The notes beneath the pieces are model-generated. The model was not told the DNA's origin. It was given only the letters and a program-made list of their open reading frames with translations, and did not search any database. A stretch of DNA of 64,000 nucleotides from an uncultured Ignavibacteriales bacterium (lineage in GTDB: Bacteria; Zixibacteria; MSB-5A5; GN15; FEB-12), in NCBI GenBank assembly GCA_964464605.1, contig CAYXJN010000001.1, forward strand, positions 131,068 to 195,067, given 5' to 3'. Below, one piece after another: positions 18,689-29,121 of the stretch. A program made the translations under genes and the position numbers. How positions within the stretch are numbered: the first letter of the stretch is position 1; every line of letters starts with the position of its first letter.

Positions 18689-19306
18689 CTATTGTTTCGC
18701 CAAAAAGACTTTGGCAACCGCTAAATCTTCATCACTGAGTTCATGACCGCCGCGATACCAATAAGTGGAAACTGCGCCATGGCTCTTTTGTCCGATCTGT
18801 TGCAGCCGCTCAGATTCATCCTCTTTCCGGTACGGATCACTCTGTCCGAAGCTGTATAAAATTCGTTTCCCCGCCCAATTCGGCGTGACGGGTGGATCCA
18901 AAACTAAATTCGGTCGAAACAACACGGCACCCCCTAATAATTCAGGACGTTGAATCAATAACGCGAGCGCCATATTGGCGCCGTTGGAATAGCCGACGGC
19001 AAAAAGGTGCTGCAAATCGAATTTATATTCGACCGATGCTTCCTGCACAAACGCTGCCAGTTCTTTATTGCGATTAACGACATCAGCAACATCGAACACC
19101 CCTTCCGAGAATCTGCGAAACCAGCGCGGCATGCCGTTTTCAAGCACTTTGCCGCGTGGGCTGAGTATCGCGGCGTTCGGCGCTATTCGTTTGACGATCG
19201 AAATCAAATCCCGTTCACCGCCGCCAGTGCCGTGGAGAGCGAGAATGGTCATCTTGTTTTCAGGAACAGATGATGGCTCAAAAATATGAATGAAATCTGA
19301 AACCAT
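18689..19306 (-). CDS. Alpha/beta hydrolase, phospholipase/carboxylesterase (MhqD-like)
   Basis: LHGTGG, SPRGKV.ENG..RWFRR, GYSNGA nucleophile motif, GHEL. Confidence 0.88.
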   Translation of the reverse strand: MVSDFIHIFEPSSVPENKMTILALHGTGGGERDLISIVKRIAPNAAILSPRGKVLENGMPRWFRRFSEGVFDVADVVNRNKELAAFVQEASVEYKFDLQHLFAVGYSNGANMALALLIQRPELLGGAVLFRPNLVLDPPVTPNWAGKRILYSFGQSDPYRKEDESERLQQIGQKSHGAVSTYWYRGGHELSDEDLAVAKVFLAKQ

Positions 19307-19314
19307 AAAATGTA

Positions 19315-20259
19315 TTACTTCGGAAATGCTAAGGGTGGCAGTGCCGCCTGAATTTCAGCGCGACGCGGCTCTAACCATGGCGGCAGCGCCAGGGATGTGC
19401 CGAGTTTGTCGATCGGTTCATCGATTGCAAACCCGGGTGTATCGGTCGCGATTTCAAAAATCACGCCGCCCGGTTCACGGAAATAAATCGATTGGAAATA
19501 ATTCCGCTCATACTGGTGGCTTACTTGCAGACCGGCGGCAATCAGGTCATTCCGCATTTTGTTCTGGGTGTCATCATCCGGAACACGAAACGCGACATGG
19601 TGCACACTCCCCGCACCCATTCTCCCTTCCGATTCATTCGGCGTATGCAGGATATCGACCACCCGCCCATGTGCCGCACCAAGTGCGGCATAACGGAAAC
19701 GGTTGCCTTTCTCATCAGCTTTTCGATAGCCGTAATATTTTAACAGCAGTTCGGCGCTGGGTTCGACCTGGCGTTCCTGAATCGTGACGCCGTAAAAGCC
19801 GCGAATCTGATATTCGGCCGGAACCACACTTTTTTCCCACGGGTGAAACCCTTCAATCGATGGGTGAGCTACTAACTCGAGTTTCACGCCGTCGGGATCT
19901 TCAAAACCGAGAACTTCCTCTCCAAAACGCTCAACAGGAGTATCGAAATTGACTGCTTTCGCGGCAAATCGGTCGATCCAATAGTTCATCGCGCCGGGCG
20001 GAACTGAATATGCAGTCGCCGCGGTCAGGCCGGTTCCCTGTCTCCCCCGTGCGGCATGAAGCCAGGGGAAAAAAGTCAGCACGGTACCGGGTGACCCGGT
20101 TTTGTCAGCGAAATACAAATGGTATGTGCCGGGATCATCGTAATTGACCGTCAGCTTGACCATGCGAAGTCCCAATACCTGCGTGTAAAAATCGATAGAC
20201 TGCTTTGGGTCGCTGGAAATAGCGGTCACATGGTGAATGCCTGGAATACTCATAATCAA
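19315..20259 (-). CDS. Ring-cleaving dioxygenase, glyoxalase/VOC family (MhqO/MhqA-like)
   Basis: GIHHVTAI, TVNYDDPGTYHLYF, GSVHHVAFR, RNYFQSIYFREPGGVIFEIATD. Confidence 0.92.
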   Translation of the reverse strand: MIMSIPGIHHVTAISSDPKQSIDFYTQVLGLRMVKLTVNYDDPGTYHLYFADKTGSPGTVLTFFPWLHAARGRQGTGLTAATAYSVPPGAMNYWIDRFAAKAVNFDTPVERFGEEVLGFEDPDGVKLELVAHPSIEGFHPWEKSVVPAEYQIRGFYGVTIQERQVEPSAELLLKYYGYRKADEKGNRFRYAALGAAHGRVVDILHTPNESEGRMGAGSVHHVAFRVPDDDTQNKMRNDLIAAGLQVSHQYERNYFQSIYFREPGGVIFEIATDTPGFAIDEPIDKLGTSLALPPWLEPRRAEIQAALPPLAFPK

Positions 20260-20379
20260 TAAGATACTCTTTCTGCCGGTCTTTGGGCAACCTTCGCTTT
20301 GGCCGGCTAATTATCCGATATTTTTGCGGTTATCTATAAAACAAGGAACTTTCCTTTCCCCGAAACTGTTCCCCATATG

Positions 20380-20394
20380 GTGACTTACAGTCAC
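20380..20394. promoter_or_regulatory. Palindromic operator candidate GTGACT-N3-AGTCAC for the adjacent TetR regulator
   Basis: Perfect 6-bp inverted repeat in the divergent intergenic region, 43 nt before the tetR ATG. Confidence 0.5.
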
Positions 20395-20437
20395 ATTTTT
20401 TTCAGACAAAAAGTGTACTCTTTTTATATAGGTAACG

Positions 20438-21079
20438 ATGGGTATCGAAGAACGTAGACACCGGGAAAAGGAACAGCGTCGCAGCAATATCCTTGATGCC
20501 GCTGAACGGGTTTTTTTCGCGAAGGGGATTGATGTCGCTACAATGGATGAAGTTGCTGAGTCGGCAGAGCTTAGCAAAGGAACGTTGTATCTGTATTTCA
20601 AAAGCAAAGAGGATTTGTATTTGGGGGTAAATGTCCGAGCGCTTGAGAAATTGTATGAAATACTCACTGCGGCGGAAAATCAGAACGTTTCCGGCATGGA
20701 GCAGTTAATCACCTACGGGGAAGCATACTTCAAGTTCGCCGAAGACTACCCAAATTATTTCGAAACCCTTTTGTACTTTGAAGCGGAAACGTTCGATTTG
20801 AACAATCCGACCGTTTGTGTAAAAGAGTACAGCGAGCTTCGGCAAAAGATCGCCCTGCAAGTTAAAGCCAGAATTACAAAGGGGATCGCTGACGGATCGC
20901 TGCGTTCCGATATCAACCCGCCGCTTATTCAACTCTACTTATGGGCGGCAAGCAGCGGCTTGATTCAGGTAATGTCAAAAAAAGCGGATATGATTCAAGC
21001 CATACATGGAATAGATGCAAAACTTTTGAAAGATGTTTACTTCCATGTCGTCAGACATTCCTTCGGAACAGGGAAATAA
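20438..21079 (+). CDS. TetR/AcrR family transcriptional regulator
   Basis: ILDAAERVF..KG...ATMDEVAESAELSKGTLYLYFKSKEDL HTH. Confidence 0.95.
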   Translation: MGIEERRHREKEQRRSNILDAAERVFFAKGIDVATMDEVAESAELSKGTLYLYFKSKEDLYLGVNVRALEKLYEILTAAENQNVSGMEQLITYGEAYFKFAEDYPNYFETLLYFEAETFDLNNPTVCVKEYSELRQKIALQVKARITKGIADGSLRSDINPPLIQLYLWAASSGLIQVMSKKADMIQAIHGIDAKLLKDVYFHVVRHSFGTGK

Positions 21080-21201
21080 TCTTTCCAAAATTTGGAATGT
21101 ATTAAGCACTCACGAAGTTTTGTAAAGCAGCCAATGTTTTGAAACCTTGCGCTGCTTTTTTTACCCCCATATATTTTTGGTATGCAAAGTGACGGGCGTG
21201 T

Positions 21202-21669
21202 ATGAAATCAAGTGCAATAAGCCGCATTGCTGTAGTGATTTCTGCATGTATCGGAATTCTTTTCGGGTTGGGTTTCTACACGTTCTATTATGCGCAGGGA
21301 GCATCCTATCTATCTGATAATCCAGCGGTTTGCACAAATTGCCATATCATGCGGGATCAATTTGACAGCTGGCAAAAAGGAACGCACCACACTGTAGCAG
21401 TTTGCAACGACTGCCACTTACCGCATAGGTTTCCGATGAAATATCTGGTGAAAATGGAAAACGGGTTCAATCATTCCCGCAAATTCACTTTTCAAAACTT
21501 TCATGAACCGATTCAAGCGCGCGAGTCCAGTGCACAAGTCGTGCAGGACAACTGCCTGCGGTGCCACCAGGCGCTCGTGGGTGGATCGGCTGGGGCATAC
21601 GTGCATACTGCTGATGAGCAAAATTGTGTGCGATGCCACCGCGAAGTCGGTCACGGTGCACCGCATTGA
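21202..21669 (+). CDS. nrfH: Cytochrome c nitrite reductase small subunit (tetraheme NrfH)
   Basis: N-terminal TM; four heme motifs CTNCHIM, CNDCH, CLRCH, CVRCH; directly upstream of nrfA. Confidence 0.93.
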   Translation: MKSSAISRIAVVISACIGILFGLGFYTFYYAQGASYLSDNPAVCTNCHIMRDQFDSWQKGTHHTVAVCNDCHLPHRFPMKYLVKMENGFNHSRKFTFQNFHEPIQARESSAQVVQDNCLRCHQALVGGSAGAYVHTADEQNCVRCHREVGHGAPH

Positions 21670-21680
21670 CGGGAGGAGTT

Positions 21681-23138
21681 ATGACTAAACAGGCAAAAAC
21701 AGGTAAACAGTTACGATTCGTGTTCATTTTTATTATTCTCGCCACACTGACTTTCGCGCTCTTATTACTTTTACAAAATATCTCCCAGCGAAAAGAGGAA
21801 GCAAATCAGATTGTGTTCGCCGTGACCAATATCGATGAAAACACTATCGATCCGGCTGAATGGGGGAAAAATTTCCCGCGCCAATACGATACTTACAAAC
21901 GAACGGTCGATACTGTTCGCACCAAACACGGAGGCAGTGAAGCATTCCAGAAATTAGATGCTGATCCACGCTGGCGTGAATTGTTCAACGGCTATGCCTT
22001 CGGCGTCGATTATCGTGAAGAGCGTGGCCATGCGTTTATGTTAGCTGATCAGGATATGACCGAACGAGTAAAGAACTTTAAGCAGCCGGGCGCTTGTTTA
22101 CATTGCCATGCGGCTGTTATTCCGGCGTACCGGGAAAAAGGAAAAGAAGCAGGCATTCCGGATAGCGATACATTAGGCCAAATCATGAAAGGGTTCGAAA
22201 CTGTTTGCGCAATGCCGTACGCGGATGCGCGCAGTTTGGTGTCACATCCGATTTCCTGCGGGGATTGCCATGATCCCTCCAGTATGCGGCTTCGTGTGAC
22301 TCGTCCTGGATTTCTAAATGGCATTCAGCGTTTAGCCGAAAGTGGGTATTCTGTTCCGCACCTGCCAAGCATTACCCGCTGGCAAAAAGGGGATAAACAA
22401 ACGCCGTATAATCCGAATCAGGATGCAAGCCGTCAGGAGATGCGCAGTTTTGTCTGCGGCCAATGCCACGTTGAATATTATTTCAAAGGAAAAGAGAAAC
22501 TGCTGACATATCCGTGGCATGACGGCATCCAGGTTGAACAAATTGAAACCTACTATGATTCAGTCGGGCATAAAGACTGGGTACATACTACTAGCGGTGC
22601 ACCTGTTTTGAAGGCACAGCATCCTGAGTTTGAGATGTGGAACCAAGGTGTACATGCGCGAAGCGGCGTCGCCTGCGCGGATTGTCATATGCCGTATTAC
22701 CGTGAAGGTGCAGTCAAAATCAGTGACCATCATGTGCGCAGCCCGCTGCTCAATGTTGCCCGCGCCTGCCAGACGTGCCACAGTTTTCCGGAAGAGGAAC
22801 TAAAAGCACGAGCCGAGCTGATTCAGGATAAAACCCAAGCACTCATGATTCGTGCTGAAGAAGCAGTGCTCGATTTAATATCGGCAATCGCCCATGCAAA
22901 AAATCAAGGTTTAGATAGTATACAACTTGCGGCTGCCCGCGACTTCCATCGCAAGTCACAATGGAGGCTGGATTTTATCGCTGCGGAAAACTCTTCCGGA
23001 TTCCATGCACCTCAGGAAGCGACACGTATTCTTGGAGAAGCGATCGACTATGCCCGCATGGGGTATATGGACCTCGCCGAAAAAATTGCCATACCTGAAC
23101 GCAGCAACAAAACGATCGGGATGGCTAACAACAAATAG
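21681..23138 (+). CDS. nrfA: Ammonia-forming pentaheme cytochrome c nitrite reductase NrfA (CXXCH heme-1 variant)
   Basis: Start ATG 21681 (RBS GGAGGA); WGKNFP.QY, Y.EERGH, five heme motifs CLHCH, CGDCH, CGQCHVEYYF, CADCH, CQTCH; KAQHPEFE; AENSSGFHAP. Confidence 0.95.
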   Translation: MTKQAKTGKQLRFVFIFIILATLTFALLLLLQNISQRKEEANQIVFAVTNIDENTIDPAEWGKNFPRQYDTYKRTVDTVRTKHGGSEAFQKLDADPRWRELFNGYAFGVDYREERGHAFMLADQDMTERVKNFKQPGACLHCHAAVIPAYREKGKEAGIPDSDTLGQIMKGFETVCAMPYADARSLVSHPISCGDCHDPSSMRLRVTRPGFLNGIQRLAESGYSVPHLPSITRWQKGDKQTPYNPNQDASRQEMRSFVCGQCHVEYYFKGKEKLLTYPWHDGIQVEQIETYYDSVGHKDWVHTTSGAPVLKAQHPEFEMWNQGVHARSGVACADCHMPYYREGAVKISDHHVRSPLLNVARACQTCHSFPEEELKARAELIQDKTQALMIRAEEAVLDLISAIAHAKNQGLDSIQLAAARDFHRKSQWRLDFIAAENSSGFHAPQEATRILGEAIDYARMGYMDLAEKIAIPERSNKTIGMANNK

Positions 23139-23142
23139 CCGA

Positions 23143-23526
23143 TTATTCAGCCGGTTCGAATAAAGCAGCGACCGCACCCGCCGGATCCTGAAAAATACAG
23201 TAGCGGCCATAGCTTCCCATACTCTTCGGCTCAACCAGCAGTTTTCCGCCTAATGCCGTTACTTGGGCGGCGCTTTTGTCGACATTTTCAACGGTGATGT
23301 AGATAAGCCATTGAGACGGCAAATCTTTGTTCACACCCTGTTTGTAACAGACCCCGGATACGGCAGTGCCTGACACCGGAGTTTTCATCATGTAATCGTT
23401 GTATTCCCCCATCGCCACCGCTTCATCCACCCACCCTACGACATTTTTATAAAAATCCCGAACCGTATCCGCATTCTGAACGGTTAAATCAATCCAGCCA
23501 ATTGTTCCAACTTCCGGCTTAGCCAT
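23143..23526 (-). CDS. VOC/glyoxalase family protein
   Basis: IGWIDL, WLIYITVENVD, GRYCIFQDPAGA; start moved to ATG 23526. Confidence 0.85.
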   Translation of the reverse strand: MAKPEVGTIGWIDLTVQNADTVRDFYKNVVGWVDEAVAMGEYNDYMMKTPVSGTAVSGVCYKQGVNKDLPSQWLIYITVENVDKSAAQVTALGGKLLVEPKSMGSYGRYCIFQDPAGAVAALFEPAE

Positions 23527-23631
23527 GTGAAAACTCCTTATCGTGCGCTTGTTTTGCAACAATATGCCTACGCGTAAACCAAAAAACAAGTTTGCCAATA
23601 TGACAGGATAGGTATATTACCTGTTAGAGGC

Positions 23632-25155
23632 ATGGGTGTCATGAAAACTCGTACCATTCAATTACTCTTCTTTTTTGCGCTGACCAGTTCCACGGCGTTC
23701 GGTGCGAATTATTTTACCCTGTATAAGGAGCGAACAGCGGGAGCAGAGCAGTATAGCTGGATTGATCCGGTTATTGATTCATCGGGTGAACTTGTTGGTT
23801 TTGTTTACTGTGACGCGACGAATAAAAAATTGATAATTCATACCTCCACATTGAATCGTGAAATTTCCGTACCGGGACCTCCTCAGACAAGTATTAACCG
23901 CTTGATTTCAGCGGATTCACTAATTGTTTACTACCTCTACTTAGATTATAAGTGGTATTCTTATACCGATTGGTTAGGCAGAGCAGTAGTAATGAACGAT
24001 ACAGTTGTTACATTTGATACACTGCCACCCATACCATACGATTGGTATGCGACTATGAATACTGATTATCGAAAGCTCCGTATGCTTACCAATGAAGAGC
24101 AGCCAATGAATGGACTTCTCTTTGAATTAATAACAACGTATTCATGGTACGATGCCACGCAAGGGCCTTCGAGCGAAACTGTGGCATTTGCCGTTCTTTT
24201 TGATGAAACACTTCATTCCTTCCATTGGAAGGATGGATTTATAAATGTTCTGTTCGGTAAATTCAGTGGAAATGATTCTTTGGCATATTGCGGATTTCAA
24301 AATAACAGATCATTTCTCGACTGGAGGGACGGTCCTGACGACACATACCATTACTATGATCGTCAAAATACCCATAGTGTAATAAAATACAACCCCGCCG
24401 ACCCACCACTCTTTGACTGGAACGACGTTAACAGTAACTCTATCAATCTTTTTGCTGGCGATTTTCGAACAGACTATCCTCTTGATGAAATCATTTATTA
24501 CGGCGATCCGAAAGTTGCAGGTGTCACTGCTCCTGGTCATGGGTATGTAGCAGCATGTTATTCATTTGCCAGCGGACAACGGCAGATTCTCTGGTACAAT
24601 TATGAAGATCGATGGGATACGCTTTCTTTCTGGTATCAAGATGGTCAGGTAATCGCCGGTACTCGCGGCGACAATGTGGCTGTTTTTCTTAACGCAAGAA
24701 CCGGTATTCCGGGTGATTCAGTAGTATTCCCGCATGACATTTCAAACTTCCGTTATTTTGAAACCGGTACAAATCCAAAACAGCTCAATTTCGTGGGAAG
24801 AGTGTTTGACACAGTTATAGTTTATCAATTTGATGAGATAACGGAAGTCGAAGAACCACAAGAAGCAACATTGCCCACCCAATTTTTCTTGTCGCAAAAT
24901 TACCCAAATCCGTTTAATCCAACCACGACGATTGAATTTGAAGTCCCGCGTCGCGCATCAGTGAATCTAATTATCTACAACACGCTGGGACAACACGTTC
25001 GTACTTTGGTCAATGAATCCTTACCTGCCGGAAACTATTCACGGACATGGGATGGAAAATCCGATGCCGGAAAACCGGTCTCAAGCGGAGTTTATTTCTA
25101 TCAAGTCAGCGGCGATGCTTTTTCTCAGAGCAAAAAAATGATTTTGCTCAAATAG
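23632..25155 (+). CDS. Secreted protein with C-terminal FlgD-Ig/secretion-tail domain
   Basis: Signal peptide; C-terminal LSQNYPNPFNPTTTIEF...WDGKSDAGKPVSSGVYFY...KKMILLK. Confidence 0.8.
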   Translation: MGVMKTRTIQLLFFFALTSSTAFGANYFTLYKERTAGAEQYSWIDPVIDSSGELVGFVYCDATNKKLIIHTSTLNREISVPGPPQTSINRLISADSLIVYYLYLDYKWYSYTDWLGRAVVMNDTVVTFDTLPPIPYDWYATMNTDYRKLRMLTNEEQPMNGLLFELITTYSWYDATQGPSSETVAFAVLFDETLHSFHWKDGFINVLFGKFSGNDSLAYCGFQNNRSFLDWRDGPDDTYHYYDRQNTHSVIKYNPADPPLFDWNDVNSNSINLFAGDFRTDYPLDEIIYYGDPKVAGVTAPGHGYVAACYSFASGQRQILWYNYEDRWDTLSFWYQDGQVIAGTRGDNVAVFLNARTGIPGDSVVFPHDISNFRYFETGTNPKQLNFVGRVFDTVIVYQFDEITEVEEPQEATLPTQFFLSQNYPNPFNPTTTIEFEVPRRASVNLIIYNTLGQHVRTLVNESLPAGNYSRTWDGKSDAGKPVSSGVYFYQVSGDAFSQSKKMILLK

Positions 25156-25161
25156 CGACAT

Positions 25162-26106
25162 TTACTTCTTCGTCACTTTCACAAACACCGGACATTGCTC
25201 GATCAACGGAGATGTAGTCAGCCGGGTCACGGCTTCGGTCTTGGTGTCGTACAGATAGATATCATAATTCTTGGTTGAATCATTCCCGTCGAAAGCAAGC
25301 CAGCGACCATCCGGTGACCAGGAATGCCATCCTTGCTCATCTGTACCGGTAATATTGAGCTGCTTTTGATCGGTGCCGTCCGGTTTGATGGTGAAGATAC
25401 GGTGTTTCCCCTGACGCATCGAAATAAAGGAAATAACATTACGGTTCGGCTCCCACGCAGGCGGTCCGGCATGGTACCCTGATACTTTAACCGTATCTTC
25501 TTTGGGAAAATGGGTCAGTTGATGCTGATTCGTACCGTCCGCATTCATCAACCAGAGTTCGTCGATCCCACCCTCTCTCCTGCTGCAGAATACGATCTGG
25601 GAACCGTCGGGTGAAAAACAGGGGTCGTTATCATAGAAATCATTATTGGTAAGCTGCTGAATCTCGTTGCCGTCTTTGTCGATCAGATACAACTCTGCTT
25701 TGCCGCTCTTGTTAGATGACACAACCAATTCGCTTCCCCCCTTGCGCGAAGAGACCCAGGAATCACGCAAGAGAAACTGGCTTACTTTGCGAACCCCGGT
25801 GCCGTCGGCATTCATTTCATACAGAAAATATTTACGAAAGGTGGTATCACGGTCGGAAACGAAGTAGAGCTTATCGTTATTGGCATAATAGACCCAGTCG
25901 ACCCCTTTCCAGTTCGAGATATTGGTTTCACCGCTTCCATCCGGATTGATAACAAAGATTTCATAATTACCGGTTTCGATATTGAAGGCTGTGTTATACG
26001 CAATCTTGTATCCCGATAGCGGATTTTGCGTTTCGCCATGCGGTCCGTCATGCGCGGACAATTGCGCGGAAATCAGGGCAAAAGCGGCAAGCAATAGTCG
26101 TTTCAT
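25162..26106 (-). CDS. Secreted TolB-like beta-propeller (PD40 repeats)
   Basis: Signal peptide; repeated FSPDG/WSPDG, MNADGT motifs. Confidence 0.88.
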   Translation of the reverse strand: MKRLLLAAFALISAQLSAHDGPHGETQNPLSGYKIAYNTAFNIETGNYEIFVINPDGSGETNISNWKGVDWVYYANNDKLYFVSDRDTTFRKYFLYEMNADGTGVRKVSQFLLRDSWVSSRKGGSELVVSSNKSGKAELYLIDKDGNEIQQLTNNDFYDNDPCFSPDGSQIVFCSRREGGIDELWLMNADGTNQHQLTHFPKEDTVKVSGYHAGPPAWEPNRNVISFISMRQGKHRIFTIKPDGTDQKQLNITGTDEQGWHSWSPDGRWLAFDGNDSTKNYDIYLYDTKTEAVTRLTTSPLIEQCPVFVKVTKK

Positions 26107-26113
26107 AATTGCA

Positions 26114-26521
26114 TTATCTCCATGCGCCCAGTATAACCCCCATCAGTACCAGCGCTACAACCATGTAGCCAGCATTGATAAGCATGTAACGGGCAGATTT
26201 GTTTTCAAACAGTCCAATAATAAATATCCCCATAGCAATCCAACCGAAGCCAGCCAAAAATCCGGCCGTTGCTCCCCAGCTGATCTCGGTTTCCGGCGTC
26301 GCCAGAAAGCAGGCGAGGTTGATAGCCATGACCAGAGTCCAGACAAAAGCTAAGCCGAAAATTTTACCCATATTTCGGGCTTTGAGCTGCTCATCGGTAA
26401 ACCCGGTTTCCTTCATCCACGCCTTACCGAATAAGGCTGGTGAATACCAGACCCCGCCGAGAATAAAGGCAGCAACAGTAGCGGCAATAACAGCCAGCCA
26501 GTTAACTTGAGACATATCCAT
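26114..26521 (-). CDS. DUF1761-like 4-TM membrane protein
   Basis: NWLAVIAA..AAF.LGG.WYSP.LFGKAW, LINAGY; start ATG 26521. Confidence 0.8.
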   Translation of the reverse strand: MDMSQVNWLAVIAATVAAFILGGVWYSPALFGKAWMKETGFTDEQLKARNMGKIFGLAFVWTLVMAINLACFLATPETEISWGATAGFLAGFGWIAMGIFIIGLFENKSARYMLINAGYMVVALVLMGVILGAWR

Positions 26522-26605
26522 TTTCGTTCTCCTTTCGTTAGCCGAGCAAGGTAATACGCACACTGGTGCCTGTATTGTAAAAGTTTTACCAGTACTGACA
26601 ACAGC

Positions 26606-27424
26606 TTACTTTACCGGAACAAAATTAAGGTATTCTCCTTTTTGGGTGAGATACACAGATGGATTCATGCCGGAAAATTCCTGAAAATCTTTGATAAAAT
26701 GCGCCTGATCGTAATACCCGCATTCGAATACGATAGAGCTCCATTCAATTTTGCGGGATTGTTCGATAGTCTGAAGCACCGACTGGAAACGGAGAATTCG
26801 TGACAACAGCTTCGGTGTTAGGCCTACATGTTTATCGAACAGACTGATAAGATGCTTTTGGCTGATACCAAGGCTTTCGGCTAACAATGCCGATGTAATG
26901 TGCTGGGGCGTGGTGACGATCCGATTGACCGCATGTCGCACCGTTGCGTGGGTTTCCAGTCTGGGTCTTCCGATAGTCAACAGCAGCAATTCTAATTTTT
27001 TCAGTTTCTCATCAATTCCCGGCGTTTCCAAAAGCTGTTCACGAAACTGCTGCGCCATCCCACCCCAGATAGCATCAAACTGCACGACAGCATTATTGAC
27101 CTCGGATGCCGGAATACCAAGAAACGGAAACGCGCCTCCCGGTTTGAAGCAGACGACAATCATCGATGAGCCTTTAGCTGCCTCAAACGTAATAAACTCC
27201 TTTTGCTGGCCGGATATCCAACCACCTTTTAGAGTCGTGTACTGCTCAAGGGATTCATCGTGGTACAACCGTTTTGGCGTATCACCTAAATCGATCAGCA
27301 GAAAAATAGACCCATCCGGCAGGAGTCGTTCGACGGAATAGTCAACTTGCAGATCATCATAATAGACAATAGAACTGATATAATGAGAGAGGGGGAAATC
27401 GGGGATGTGTACGCGTAAATTCAC
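26606..27424 (-). CDS. AraC-family transcriptional regulator
   Basis: N-terminal RLLPDG sensor region; C-terminal double HTH ..F..HVGLTPK..SRILRFQ, GYYDQAHFIKDF. Confidence 0.9.
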   Translation of the reverse strand: MNLRVHIPDFPLSHYISSIVYYDDLQVDYSVERLLPDGSIFLLIDLGDTPKRLYHDESLEQYTTLKGGWISGQQKEFITFEAAKGSSMIVVCFKPGGAFPFLGIPASEVNNAVVQFDAIWGGMAQQFREQLLETPGIDEKLKKLELLLLTIGRPRLETHATVRHAVNRIVTTPQHITSALLAESLGISQKHLISLFDKHVGLTPKLLSRILRFQSVLQTIEQSRKIEWSSIVFECGYYDQAHFIKDFQEFSGMNPSVYLTQKGEYLNFVPVK

Positions 27425-27460
27425 GCCGGAATATACACATTCCCGGCGGATTCGGCAATG

Positions 27461-29110
27461 CTACTCGTGAGTAACCGGGAACCGGAAGGTAAAGGTAGTG
27501 CCGGCTCCGGGCTCACTGTCAATTTGGACTTCTGCTTTATGATTGGAGATAATTTTGGCGCAGGTGACCAACCCGTACCCATGTCCTGTTTTCTTGGTCG
27601 TAAAATGAGCACGAAAGAGTTTGTCCTTCAGCTCCGGTGTCATACCGCAACCGTTATCCGACACTTGCATAATGACGGTTTCATTCTCAAACTGCGATGT
27701 TACCGTGAGCTGGCCGTTAGAGCGCCCGGTCTCGGCGATTGCATCTGCGCCGTTGTTCATCAGGTTAATAAGCAACTGCGAGATCTGATCACCATCAAAT
27801 TCGAACGTAGGGACATTGGGATCGAGTTTCGCTACAACATGCACCCCGGAGAAACGCTTGTTCGGCATCAAGAAGGCGATAACATCGGTGATAACATCAT
27901 TCAAGCCGCTATTCGCTTTGCTGCTGTTCAAACGGCCGTAATCCAAAAGACCGGCGGTAAAGCGCTCCATCCGCTCGGCGTTTCCTTTGAGCCGTTCGAG
28001 CGATGAAGCAACCTTTTCCATATTTCCTTTGCCGAGTGCGATCTGCGTCAATTCGATTCCACCTAAAATCATCCCCAGAAAATTGTTCAGATCGTGGGTA
28101 ATCGATGACACCATAATCCCGCGTTCTGCGATTTTTTCCAGATCAAACAGATGTCGCTCGGTATCTTTCTGCTCGGTAACATCGAGCAGGGTGATAATTA
28201 AATCTTCGCCGTCATGCCGTGCATCCCTAAGTTTGCTGATAGTAGTGCTGACAATTCGTTCGCCGCTTGCCGATCTGGCAACGAGCGTTTCAATCATCTG
28301 CGTCGATGTATCAGCTGTTCGTGCCCGCGTAATTACGTCGCACCATCCCGGAAAATGGGTTGAGCAGAATAAATCCTGCCCGTTCATACCAACGAGTTCC
28401 TGATTAGCAATATGTGGTGCAAGCTCTATAAAAAGCGCGCGACAGGATCGATTAATAACCCGGATTTGGTCGGTAGAACCGACAATCAGCACACCCGGCT
28501 GAACGCTATTGAGAATTCCTTCATACCAGGCGTTAACATGGGCCAGTTCACGATAGAAAAACATCCCGCTCACGGGAGGAGAAATCGTTTCGACAAAAAT
28601 CGCAAGTAATTCCAAATCCTCTTTTGTGTACGAGCGCATATCAACTCGCTGTCCCAAGCCAACAAAACCGACAACGCGATTTTTATGGCCCAACTCACCT
28701 ACCAACTCGACCCCTGCGTCTTCCCATCGACGACTGAATTGCTGAAGTTGGGGATACGCATGCAGCACTTGAATTGGCTGCGCAAAACCGATTTCACGAA
28801 GCGGCTCTGTTCCGCAGTTGAAATCTTTGCTCAAGACGGCATTGCTGGAAGAGAAAGCGCCGGTTCCAAAATAGACAGGCTGGTGGGAAGGTCCTTCCGG
28901 GTTTTTGATGCAGACAAACACATTCGCAGTCGAAAATTGTCCGGAGAGCGAAAAGGCAATTGATTCGGCAAGTTCCGTAAGCGACTCGTTTTTCGAAAAT
29001 GCCGCTATCAATTCCCGTAACGCTTCAAGCGTGAGCGCTTCCCGACCGGTAACTGAGGCAACTTGCGGTTTAGTGGAACCATTCAGTACCGGATTCTCAA
29101 TCTGGTTCAT
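27461..29110 (-). CDS. Cytoplasmic sensor histidine kinase (GAF-PAS-HisKA-HATPase)
   Basis: H-box SITHDLNNFL, N-box NLMNNGADA, DNGCGM, FTTK..GHGYGL, GAGTTF. Confidence 0.9.
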   Translation of the reverse strand: MNQIENPVLNGSTKPQVASVTGREALTLEALRELIAAFSKNESLTELAESIAFSLSGQFSTANVFVCIKNPEGPSHQPVYFGTGAFSSSNAVLSKDFNCGTEPLREIGFAQPIQVLHAYPQLQQFSRRWEDAGVELVGELGHKNRVVGFVGLGQRVDMRSYTKEDLELLAIFVETISPPVSGMFFYRELAHVNAWYEGILNSVQPGVLIVGSTDQIRVINRSCRALFIELAPHIANQELVGMNGQDLFCSTHFPGWCDVITRARTADTSTQMIETLVARSASGERIVSTTISKLRDARHDGEDLIITLLDVTEQKDTERHLFDLEKIAERGIMVSSITHDLNNFLGMILGGIELTQIALGKGNMEKVASSLERLKGNAERMERFTAGLLDYGRLNSSKANSGLNDVITDVIAFLMPNKRFSGVHVVAKLDPNVPTFEFDGDQISQLLINLMNNGADAIAETGRSNGQLTVTSQFENETVIMQVSDNGCGMTPELKDKLFRAHFTTKKTGHGYGLVTCAKIISNHKAEVQIDSEPGAGTTFTFRFPVTHE

Positions 29111-29121
29111 AAGACCTCTTA

